DNA of 57,254 nt, filler included, from Sphacelaria rigidula (Eukaryota): the NCBI GenBank assembly GCA_964200075.2. It is 5 parts of 5 records of this genome, joined end to end, with 100 filler letters (N's around TTAATTAATTAA, not from the genome) between each part and the next. Parts side by side here need not be neighbours in the genome. Positions count along the whole stretch, not along the records: positions 22,945 to 34,315 come from CAXNAA020005007.1; positions 34,416 to 45,785 come from CAXNAA020005008.1; 3 more parts are not named here. One strand, 5' to 3'. A model generated the notes under the pieces. It worked only from the letters and a program-made list of their open reading frames with translations, was not told where the DNA came from and made no database searches. Positions 25,161 through 36,599 of this stretch are shown in pieces; the first letter of the stretch is position 1, and every line of letters starts with the position of its first letter. Both the position numbers and the translations under genes were made by a program.

Positions 25161-25471
25161 GCAACGATGCTTCGCGGTGATTCGACTGTTCACGCATACA
25201 AGGGACTGCTATGACGCAGAGATAAAAGTACCCTCTGTCGCCGAAACCGTTCGCGGTCCTTTGAGATGAAGATCCCTTCACGAGGCACACAGGCACAACA
25301 CTCAACCTTCGGATTAGCGAGGTCTGAACTATGAAATATTCGACCAAACAAATGCGGGAGGAACATGACAGCACCGCTAACACTACGGGTGAAACACGAA
25401 TGCATGTACCGACGGCCATGAGATCATAATCTATCAATACTAGTCCCTAACTACTATTGTGTTACTGCATC

Positions 25472-27060
25472 CTAACTTTGCGGTACTCGGCAAACTCGCC
25501 GTCCCTTCCTAACTACCCTTCTCCTCGGGTTGTCGGCCTCCAGCTCCTCCGAACGCTTGGCGATACACGAAGCCGCGTACGAGCGGTAATCAGCTCCTTG
25601 CGTGCCCGATGATCCCCCAAACCACCTGTGCTCCATGGCGTCCTTGGCAGACAGTCGGTCTACCGGAGATACCGTCAAGAGCTGTATGATCGGCAGGACG
25701 CGTCAGGGATAGCAGGGGGGAAAGGGGGTGGATGATGATGAGATCAGAGGGTGTACCACACCATTCAGAGATATCAACACACTACACCATATCGAGAGAA
25801 ACACAGCACCAACAACGACATACGGTGCTTTCCCTGTCCCTTCAGCGCAGCCTGTCATACGAATGGCTGAGATTCTCATCCTACAAAATTCAGAATTCCA
25901 CTTGTTGTGGCAGTACCCCGACGTCTTGGGTCGTCAACTAATCGAGCGGTTTCAGCACCGAACACCCCTTGTAACAACAGAGCATCCCCTGTGAAAAAGG
26001 TATACCGCGGGAGCGGAGAAGACGATTCTCTCCAGTAGAGGTTGCCTGTGGGATAGGAGAAACGTGCTCAACACGGTATTGTCCGGTCGAGTGTTGCTTT
26101 TGTAGCGCGCGTTTCTGGCGATAACCCCCTCACAACCGGGGGTTGACACGCAAAGCAAGCAAATTATACAACAACAGTGCACTTGCCGAACACGGAGACA
26201 TGCCCAGGGAGAGGGGCTACTCTACTTTTTCTATCAAGGACACCTTGTCAAGGTATGTGTTTCAGTGTTGAGGGTCAAAACACCGCATCCCACACGCGAA
26301 GTTTTGGCCGCAAAACGAATCAAACTTAGCTTCAGCACCAGCTCAAATCGGAGTTGGTCATGTCTTTCTATATTCCTAATGAATGGGCGATGTCCTCGTG
26401 GGACAGCAGGAGCAAAACGCAACACAATAAATGACAGGACCTTCCAGCAAAGATTATGTACATGTCAGACCGGGACGTGAACATCTGCAAGTTTGTACCG
26501 TCTGGCCAGGTGCGAATATTTCTTGCAAACTCTCCATCCACTGGGACGAGTCATCACACGCTGCGGCGGATGAAGGACTGGATATGGTCCGAGATGTTTT
26601 GATACACCAGTGCCACGTTCGAGAACGAATGGAAGTACTCCACGGAAATGGCAGGAAACCGTGCAGTTCCACACATCAAGCTCGTGGCACGAAAAAATGT
26701 CGTCTCGCTGGGGTTATACCGTATGCATCCTCACTTCAGCTCGGCTGTACTCGGAGTACTCAGGGAGTTATGGCGTTCCGTAATATGCATACAAACCCTT
26801 TCTTTGTGGACATCAAGAACTGTCACCTTGGCCATGAAGTCCATCCCGAGCTCTCCCACCCTCTCGGAGTCGACAGTGTAGTCCCCTTGGAGGATCATGT
26901 GCTTCTCCGCCTCGTCATACGCATCGTATCTTAACTCTATTCTTCCGTCAGCCCCCTTTGATCCTTCGTCTGCCCCCTCTCCCTCACTGGGCGCGGCCGC
27001 CACAATTTCGCTGTATCCGTCCTCCTCTCCGGGGCTGTCGGACGTGAGAACCGGTTTCAA
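25472..27060 (-). pseudogene. Degenerate protein-kinase-like gene remnant
   Basis: YTVDSERVGELGMDFMAKV resembles a decayed subdomain I, LPFVLERG resembles a hinge, and LLTVSPVDRLSAKDAMEHRWF resembles subdomain XI. The intervening sequence has stops and frameshifts, and no clear HRD/DFG. Confidence 0.35.
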
Positions 27061-28627
27061 GGGGTGGGTTTCCAGCTGATTCCATGAGATTTATGCGGGC
27101 ATTTCGCGTGTTGAGTATGCAGTTGATCGCCCAGTGCAACCATCCATCGCAATCACGTTCAGGTTGTAACTATTCCGAGGAGACGGCTAGAAGATAACCG
27201 AGATATGTAATATAGGGTATGCGAGCATATGTTTAGATAAGACACCAAGTAATAGCACCTGGGGTACCCGAAGTACCAACTCCCTAGAATACTGGGTGCT
27301 CCGGAGTAGCCGCAGGACCGGCTGCCGAAGATGCCGGCTATTGTATAGCACCCCGAGTATCGATACCCCAAATCACTCGTACGCGCATTGTGCTCTATCC
27401 TTCGAACATGGAACAGTGCATGCTGGAACGAGCGCTACGAGTGAGCTTGTAGTCTCTGTCACTGAGAGCCAGTTGCGTGTCGGCAAGTACGAGAGCAGCA
27501 CCTATTAAAGACTGCCGAAATGCCATGCGATACAAAACATGTTTTAGAAGCTGTGCTTACGGGTAATAAAAAGGGGTCCATTCTTTCTCTCTCCCCCCCT
27601 CCCGCCATACCCGAAATCTCCGACACTTTCGGGAAAAATTGCTCGTTCTCCGAAAAGTTTAGGAGCCAATTTATCTACCAGATCAGACATTAGATCCATT
27701 GGAGACCGACTACAGATTTCTCAGAGAATCTACGGTCGGATTATTTTCCTCAGCAATTTTGCTCTCGGAGAAGTCGGGACAAAAATCCATTTTTTCGACG
27801 AGAGCAAACTTGAAAATCTGGGAAATTCCGACGCTATTAAGACTCCTCACACCAGGCAGTAAGTCGCTTGGCGGCTCATGTTCTTCTACATTAAACCCGG
27901 GAGTTTTCAACTTGTGGACGGATGTTTTGACGATGAGCGTCGAGAAAACGTCACTGAGCATCACGTTTGGCCGGACCCAACGCGGCCACTTTCCCGCAGG
28001 TAACAAGAGTAATTTCAATAATGTGGACGCAGTTGAGGAAATCGAACTGTTTGGTTTCTATAGCTGTTCCGAAATTCGGTACATAACATGTTGTTACGGT
28101 GGGTGACCTCTCTGCAGACGGGAGTCAGTAGAGTAGAGCAACGAAAGCTCCAGATTGCAGCATTGACGCAGCCCTCTGCACCACGCTAGCAACAGTTAGG
28201 TCACCACCATAGGTATCTTTTTCCACTCCGCATGTCAAGGAGGTCTCCACAAGTGTTTGATCTCTCTCTCACACACACCCCAACTGGCCTGTGGCAGGCT
28301 CTTGTGGTCGGGCACCTAGATGGTCACATATGTCATGTCGGGTAAAATCAACGATGAATAACACCCCTCAACTTCAAATTGGATTAATCTCTTGTTTCCG
28401 CCGCAGCACCGCCCTTGCTGGCATGTGTGTGACAGAGAACAGTAGTAGCGGTGACGGGAACATTGCCCTGTTTTGGAACTTCATGTTTTTCAGCGCACAG
28501 AGGCGCGTCCTGTCCAAAACGAGGGGCAGAGAGACATCAATATTTGTATTGGTGAGATCCACAGGCAAGAAGAGACGAAATCTCTTCGCAGCTCGATGTT
28601 ATTTGGGGGCTATGCGCACCAACATAA

Positions 28628-31600
28628 TAGAGGTATCTCAAACTCGGCGATCCTGGATCATTGGACGAATAGTCCAGGATATCCCGGACCACGAGTTTGA
28701 GATAACTCAGCGGAGATCCCGAAATAACATCGAGGATTCTTCAAATGGATCTTTGAGGAAGATCCCTCCCGGTTTATGACGTGAAGGGGCGCCAAGAACG
28801 GTGAAGAACAGTGAAGAACAGCTTCCATTTGACAGTTTCACCAACTATTAGTGTGATGCGCATCGCCACGTCACGTTTCCCGATCCTTATGGTTGAAAGT
28901 TGGAAGTAAGTTCGTGACCTTTCCTTGAAAAGAACCAAATCTTTGATGTTCCGCGAGTCATCACTACAGGAAAATCCAGGAATTTCAGCTGGATCTTTGA
29001 TGAAAGATCCATCCTGCTTTATTTAAGAATCCTGCTATACAAAAATCCTCCCATTTGGCAGGATTTTTAGATAAAGCAGGATGTTTTCCCTGCTGCCTGT
29101 GGGTTAGGACCTACGCTTGGGGTGTGTGCACATTCATTTAAACCTTCGCTGCAGACACGACACACTGTCTATACAGCCAAGGCTCCGCTGCGTTGCTGAC
29201 ATGGGGGATGAGACAGAAAATAGTCCTCGTGCCTCCCACAACAAGAGGAAGCAGGAGAGATGGGCCGCCGTCAATGTGAGTAATGAATATTACACGAGTG
29301 ACACCCGGTCGACCCTGCCGTCACGGCACGAGGGACGGCGACAATCGAGCTGGCCTCGTCAGTCGTCGTGGCGCGCTCACGCTGAGAGCAACACGATTGA
29401 CACCGAAACCTCCATCAACAGAAGCGCAGCAGGACAGGCACGCGATGGCGATGCCATATTCTCTGCTGAGCCTGGGAGGCTCCTGTTGCTGGTGAGCAGC
29501 AACCTGCATCGCACGTAGCAAGGGCAGCAGGAGCAGCAGCACCGGCAGCGATACCACCACATTGGCAAGCACGAGGACCATGGCGCCCACTCTCCTGTCC
29601 GCAGCACGTCCCACTCCACATCCAGTCAACCGTATAACATCCCTGAAGAGGACAACCGTGAGCGACACCAGTCACGAGAAAGCCCTCGTGGTTTTGCGCG
29701 AAGCCTCGTGGTTTTGCACGAAGCCTCGGGCCTGCGCGTGCCGGAATACTAAAATAACTACACGCTAACCAACAACCGCGGGATTCTGCCAGCCCCGCGT
29801 ATCGACGTTCGAAAGCGGGAGATGTGAAAAACGATGGGTTTGTCTATAAAACGACGAATTTCGAGCGTTGTAACGTCATCAGCACGGAAGCGACTCATGC
29901 TTGTCGCAGGCTTCGTCCCGCCGATAGGATCAACTTAAGGGGAAGCCCGACAATCTGTGAACAACTCAGGTCGAGGACACACAAAAACTTTCTGTCAGGC
30001 ACGAAGAAGGCAAACAGGAGATGGACCCAGCATCGCCACCCATGAGTACAGTACCATTTTATTTGGCCGCAAGAAGAGAAAGTTCTGAGAAAAATTATGG
30101 TTTGGGGCAGGTGGGCACTGGACTCAGCTTGTCCAGATAGTGTTATGTCGAAATCGGCGCCTCCGGCGTCGATTTCAGGTCTGCCAACGCACACTAGGGG
30201 ATCGTATGTACCCCCCCTGTCTGAGGGTCTTGTACGCCTTGGGTCGGGGTTGGGTGCTCGTCCAGAACGTGTTTTTGTCGAAATCGGCGGCTGCGACATC
30301 GATTTCAGGTCTCCCATTACACATTATGCCTGATGGACCGGATGTACGACGAGAATCGGATCTTGAATGGGGCTCACAGTCCCGTGTTCACCTGCGCAGA
30401 ACGCAGTTCGTTCCAGGCACCGATTCCGGGTCTACCAAGGTCATCCTTTGCCTGGGGAGTGTATGTACAGCCCTTATCGCCCGAGGATTCTCGGTATGCG
30501 TTGGGGGTCTACCAAGGCCGTACTTTGCCTAGGGAATGCTATGTACCACCCTTGCCCAAGGGTTCTTCGCATACGTTGGGTTGGGGTTGGGGTTAGGGGT
30601 AGCGATACTTGTGAAATATGCATGAACAATCGTAGCCCAAGGTCGGCGATCCTTTTGACGACGATGTGGACAGTTCATCTGGACTTTGCCCACTTTTGTC
30701 AAGTGAAATTGATGCCGATTCAGAAGGTGACTAATAGAGTACAGTACCCTCAGACCGCGAACGTAGTCCATCTGGATTTTGCCCACTTTTTTCAAGTGAA
30801 ACTGATGCCGGTTTAACAGATGACCAACTCTCGTTGTCCCAGGGTTGCCTCAACACGTGGGCAAACTGAAGCTTCCATGTGTTGAAGCTTCAAGTGCCTG
30901 TATTGTACAGTTATGATGAGTTTAGGCCGGAACTGCAAAAAGCATACTGAGCCTTGTAGCGGGGCCTTTCGCAACTGAAACGATTCATTCACTAATTGAC
31001 CGATTTTCACTCTCGATCATATGTACAAAATTTGACTCGACCCTTTGATCGCGAGGAGGGTAGATCACCTGCTGAACCGGCATCACTTTCACTTGAAACA
31101 GGTATTTGTGATTCAGATGGACCATCCGCATCGCGGTTCAACCCTCGGACGGTGGGCATAGTTAATATGTTGAATCAGCGTCAAGTTATATTGAAAAATG
31201 AATGCACGGTCAGATTACCTACCTTGCAGTCAGACAGTCAAAGGTCTTCGACCGAAAGGGACTGCTGAACCTCTCTCGCGATAACAAAAGTATGGCAAGC
31301 ACCGCAGGAGGAGAGTGGGGAACTGAAACGAATCAAGAAAAACTCCGGTGTTGCCCTTCCTCCTGTGTGATCCCAGCTGGTGCGTCCACAAATACCGAAA
31401 CGTGTTGACCAGTGTCCAGAATAGATGGGATGGCAACACAAGATACACCTCTCCAAGGTGAGATTAGGGGTAACGCGTTGAATCGTCATCAATTTTCACA
31501 ATAAAGCGGTATGCATGCTGAAGATATTCACATGTACCGAAAGGTGGTACAGGGCGAGGGATGTCAATGTGGATAATGAATACTTCATGGTTCAACCCTT

Positions 31601-33234
31601 ACACCGCGAGGGTAGGTCACCTGCTGAATCGGCATCAGTTTTCACTTGAAAAAAGTATGCGTGATCCAAATGGACTACCCGCACCGCGGTCCAAGGGGAG
31701 GATTCAACAGGTGACCGATGTTGCTGTACACAACAAACATGGCGACATTCACGGATGAAGCCTGAGTTTCCTACATGAGTGTTAAAGCCTACGATGCACA
31801 CAGGAATACATTATTCTTGCGACCAAATAAAATGGTACTGTACTCATGGGTGGCGATGTCGGGTCCATCTACTGTTTGCCTTCTTTGTGCCTGACCGAAA
31901 GTTTTTGTGTGTCCTCGACCTGAGCTGTTCACAGATTGTCGGGCTTCCCCCTAAGTTAATCCTATCAGCGGGACGAAGCCTGCGCCAAGCATGAGTCGCT
32001 TCCGTGCTGATGACGTTACAGCGCTCGAAATTCGTCGTTTTGTAGACAAACCCATCGTTTTCCACGTCTCCCGCTTTCGAACGTCGATACGCGGGGCTGG
32101 TAGAATCCCGCGGTTGTTGGTTGGCGTGTGCTTGTTTCAGTGTTCCGGCACGCGAAGGCCCGAGGCTTCGAGCAAAACCACGAGGGCTTCCTCGTGACTG
32201 GTGACGCTCACGGTAGCCCTCTTCAGGGATGTTATACGGTTGACTCAATGTGGAGTGGGACGTGCTGCGGACAGGAGAGTGGGCGCCATGGTCCTCGTGC
32301 TTACCGATGTGGTGGTATCGGTGCCGGTGCTGCTGCTCCTGCTGCTCCTGCTATGTGCGATGCAGGTTGCTGGTCAGCAGCAACAGCAGCCTCCCAGGCT
32401 CAGCAGAGAATATGGCATCGCCATCGCGCGCCTGTCCTGCTGCGCTTCTGTTGATGAAGGTTTCGGTGTCAATCATGTTACTCTCAGCATAAGCGCGCCA
32501 CGACGACTGACGAGGTCAGCTCGACTGTCGCCGTCCCTCGTGCCGTGACGGTAGGGTCGACCGGGTGTCACTCGTGTAATCTTCGTTACTGACATTGACG
32601 GCGACCCATCTCTCCTGCTTCCTCTTGTTGTGGGAGGCACGAGGACTATTTTCTGTCTCATCCCCCATGTCAGCAACGCAGCGGAGCCTTGGCTGTATAG
32701 ACGGTATGTCGTGTCTGCGGCGAAGATTTAAATGAATGTGCACACCCCCGAAGCGTAGGTCACAACACACAGGCAGCAGGGAAAACATCCTGCTTTATTT
32801 AAGAATCCTGCTATTTAGCAGGATTCTTAAATAAAGCAGGATGGATCTTTCTCAAAGATCCAGCTGAAATTCACGGATTTTCCTGTGGTGATGACTCGCG
32901 GAACATCAAAGTTTTGGTTTTTTCCAGGGAAAGGTCGCGAATTTGTTTCCAACTTTCAACCATAGGGATCGGAAAACGTGACGTGGCGATGCGCATTACA
33001 CTAATAGTTGGCGAAACTGTCAAATGAAAGCTGTTCTTCACCGTTCTTCACCGTTCTTCACCGTTCTTGGCGCCCCTTCACCTCATGAACCGGGGGGGAT
33101 CTTCCTCAAAGATCCATTTGGAGAATCCTCGATGTCATTTCGGGATCTCCGTTGAGTTATCTCAAACCTGTAGTCCAGGACATTCTGGACTATTCATCCA
33201 ATGATCCAGGATCGCCGAGTTTGAGATACCTCTA
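28628..33234. mobile_element. 4.6-kb foldback structure with about 1.45-kb inverted arms (28628-30075 and 31814-33234)
   Basis: Starts TAGAGGTATCTCAAACTCGGCGATCCTGGATCATTGGA and ends TCCAATGATCCAGGATCGCCGAGTTTGAGATACCTCTA; arms are collinear reverse complements, as shown by mirror ORFs 29321-29668(-) and 32201-32548(+). Confidence 0.85.
31240..31445 (+). mobile_element. 5'-truncated SINE copy
   Basis: AAAGGGACTGCTGAACC.CTC.CGCGAT..AAGCACCGCAG...CCAGAATAGATGGGA matches the 21913-22290 body. Confidence 0.7.
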
Positions 33235-33702
33235 TAACAGACAAATATAAAAATCTGAAAAAGTGCCTTTTTGGAGCTTCCACATCGTTTTACGCCCCAA
33301 AAGAGAGCCAGGCGGAGTTTGACACCTTGGAATGACTTGCTCTACAAGTTGAGGCGGTTCTAGGACATCTTCCCGTTCTCCGGTGGCGACAGTTTTCATT
33401 TTGGCTAAACAAGAATTTTGTCGAAAAACGGTGAAAACAGTCAAGTCCAGAGAAAAGTGGCGATTTTTTCTAGATTTGACTGTTTTTCACCGTTCTTCGA
33501 CAGAAATTCTTGTTTTTGGCCAAAATGAAAACTGCCGGCACCGGGAAATGGGAAGATGTCCTGGAACCGCCTCACTAGTAGAGCAACTCATTCCAATGTG
33601 TCAAACTTCGCCTAACTCTCTCTTGGGGCCTAAAACGACGTGGAAGCTCCACAAAGGCACTTTTTCAGATTTTATATTTGTCTGTTGTTATAAGAAGCGG
33701 CC
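33235..33702. mobile_element. Palindromic MITE, copy 2 (left end truncated by the foldback arm)
   Basis: ACAGACAAATATAAAAATCTGAAAAAGTGCC...GGCACTTTTTCAGATTTTATATTTGTCTGT; right end AAGAAGCGGCC. Confidence 0.8.
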
Positions 33703-34315
33703 TCAGGCCGTTTCTTCCGGTTGGTTATTTTCTCTCATATTTCGCAACATATTATGAGGAAATAATACCGCTGGCGAAATATGATGAGATATGTTGACCC
33801 TAGCTTACGGTTGCAGATGTATTTTTGAGGGGGGTGGGTACCAAAAGGGTGGGGGGATACCAAAAGAAAATAGTCAGCGGAAACCGAAGAGATGTGCAGG
33901 CCAGGGGGAGGTACAAAGACCTAAAGACTTTGCAATGCCAAGCTCCCTGTGTTTATGTAAAATTACCTGAAATGTAGACCTCCCCCGATCGCTGCTGGCC
34001 CAGCTCGCACTGTGTGCAACCTGCCATCTTCAATCTATACTGCCATATCACGTACGCCGCAGTACAGACTAACTGGCATGTGCGCATGTATACTGCCGTA
34101 TGCGGCAGGCAGAACAGGCAGTATTATACTGCTTAGTTATGTCTGTACTGCACGTTGCCCACATCATCATTATTAGTACAGCAGTTGTACTACTGGCAAA
34201 ATAACCTTTTCATCCTACTGTACTGTTGGATGCGGCAGTACAACCCACGTAGTGTCTGCACTGCACGTCGCCCAAATAATTTTCTGCAGCCGTCGGTGGA
34301 GCATGGCATGTGGAT

Positions 34316-34415
34316 NNNNNNNNNNNNNNNNNNNNNNNNNNNNNNNNNNNNNNNNNNNNTTAATTAATTAANNNNNNNNNNNNNNNNNNNNNNNNNNNNN
34401 NNNNNNNNNNNNNNN
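34316..34415. other. Artificial contig linker
   Basis: N44-TTAATTAATTAA-N44. Confidence 0.97.
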
Positions 34416-35208
34416 GCCCACATATCCCGAAAGGGGTAGACTGGCGTCCAGAATAAATGGGACGACAACACACACAACACACAGTACTCAAATGAGCATG
34501 AGATGCGGTTACGCCCTGATTACGCCGCATATCATAGGCGGTCGTGCAGTTTTACGGTACGGGTGTACTGTCTGTAGGCCGTACATTGGATCAGCGTATT
34601 ATACTACACTTTATATAGTGGTCATGACGGAGTTTTCAAATTTCAAACCCATCAGCTGCGCCGCTAGACATGCATGCAAACGATTGTGCCGTTCTCGTGC
34701 GCCGAAAGCGAATGAGATGCTTCTTTTTCAAGCGGATTGTACACTCCATATACTACGCCCTGGTCGCGGTGGTGCGCTGGAACACCAAGTGTGGTCGCCA
34801 CCTATCGTCGTACAACGGGGTCCGCAAGGCACCCGCACCGAGCAACACCATGCACACCCCCGAACGCGGGATATCGTCACGTTCTAGGCCTGAAACTTGT
34901 GCCGACGATCCAGCCTTGAACATAGCTTTTCAGATATGCCGTGTGTTGGGCTATAGTTCGTCCCTCTGGGGCACCTTGCTCGTGTGAACTACACCTACTT
35001 CGCGGATGATCCAAGCCGGTAATTTATAGATCGCTATGCTTCGCAGTGCGGTTCCAATTTTCCTATCCTTTCTAACATTGGAATGTAGAGGAAAAGGGAC
35101 ACAGGAGACACATGCCTCATTGAAGAAGAGGAAGAATGGCACACAAGCAGAGGAAGGGAGGGAAAGCAAGGAAAGGCCATAGAGTGACGATCACAAGTAT
35201 TGCGCGCA

Positions 35209-36420
35209 TCACATTACGCAAAATCCAGACAATATCGTCCTAGTCCGAGTGACGTCCTTCCACGAGTGCAAGCGCGCGCAGGAAGGCGGAGCTGAGACCG
35301 AGTCGTCGCTCGGTAAGTTCTGGCTAGGTTCCGTCCATCCATCCCTGGCTACCACTAGTAGATCTGTCTTTACGTGAACGTACAACACTTGTTTGCCGGA
35401 ATGCCAGTGGGCATCGAACGAGGCAGACGCGCTAGTGGTACCCCCGGTAGTGCAATCGTACTTGAGCCAGTTCCGCTGCAAACGGAACTGCGTGACGTAG
35501 TGGGCGCCCACCCAGATGAGGTACACAACCGACACCAAGGAGTACTCTACGCCTAAAGGGAGAGTTTCGGACGCGTCAGGGGGAACGCCAACGACTGCGT
35601 CGACGGCAACAGCACTCGACGAAAGAAAAAGACGGTCGGGGGCGTTGATAGCCGAGAAAGGCGGGAAATTTCAAAAACACGTGTCCGATGGGATTATCCC
35701 GCATGAAGGACAAATACCTGCCCCGGGGTACGAAAAGTCAAGACAACTACTTCCCAAAAACAAATCATCCACGGCGGCCCGCAGGGTTCTACTATTGCCA
35801 TAAGGAACCATGAAAATCGCTGGGTCCCTTGAAGCCGTAGATTGCTCGGGCGTTATCGTCCGCAGGCTGTGGTCGTCTACGGAGCAAGTAACAACGCGCC
35901 GCTATGACATCCCTAGAGATTCATGCGTTAGCGAACCCAGTTGGAGCTGTTGCTGGGGCGTGTCCGGCCAGTTCGCTGGCATGTGAGGCTTGCGTCTTTG
36001 GCAAATGGCTTCGAACACGCTCGCCGTGTCGCCCATTTGATCACCGCTGCCGGGTAAACCGCCGCCTGACAAGACGAAGTCGCGCGCTTCCGCCAGCGTT
36101 ACCTGGTGAAGGTTAGTCGGCAGTTGGGAGAGTAGGACGAAGAAAGAAAGGTACATAGCTCAATCAATCCCAGCGTGGTTGGAGTCGGGAAGTGCGGTGT
36201 AGTGAAAAACATATATAACTTACCAGGACGCCCTGCGGTAGCGCGCCGTTGTGCATGTTCTGACGGACGGCATTGACTGCAGAAAAGAACCGCTGTGCCA
36301 AAGGCGTGGATGATCCCTCCGACAGTAGAGGTTGACCGTCGTAGGCGGCGAGAGTACATGCAATGGAGGCATTAAAGAAGCTATTTTTATGAGAACTTGG
36401 CGCCAAGAACGTCATTAGCG
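35209..36420 (-). pseudogene. USP/UCH (peptidase C19)-like cysteine protease domain
   Basis: Cys-box-like HKNSFFNAS (Ser at the catalytic Cys position), QMGDTASVFEAI, RRVVTC...CPSC, His box YSLVSVVYLIWVGAHYVTQFRLQRNWLKYD; one frame after intron 36103-36223 with two internal stops. Confidence 0.65.
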
Positions 36421-36599
36421 GCACGGGAGGGTTGCACCCGGCGCCCTCAGCATTTTCAGAGCTGCCGTTGCCAATACCGAATTCCAGCTCATGACTTTCA
36501 TCGCCACTGTAACATCCACGCTGATTCCGTCGACTGTACTCGTTGGCCAACGACCTGACTGTCACCGGAGTAAACGCGGAAGGGTTGTCGAGGAATACA

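Noticed and set aside
29321-29668. 115-aa hydrophobic ORF duplicated at 32201-32548
   Set aside because: Conservation is explained by the inverted repeat; no recognisable domain or splice support.
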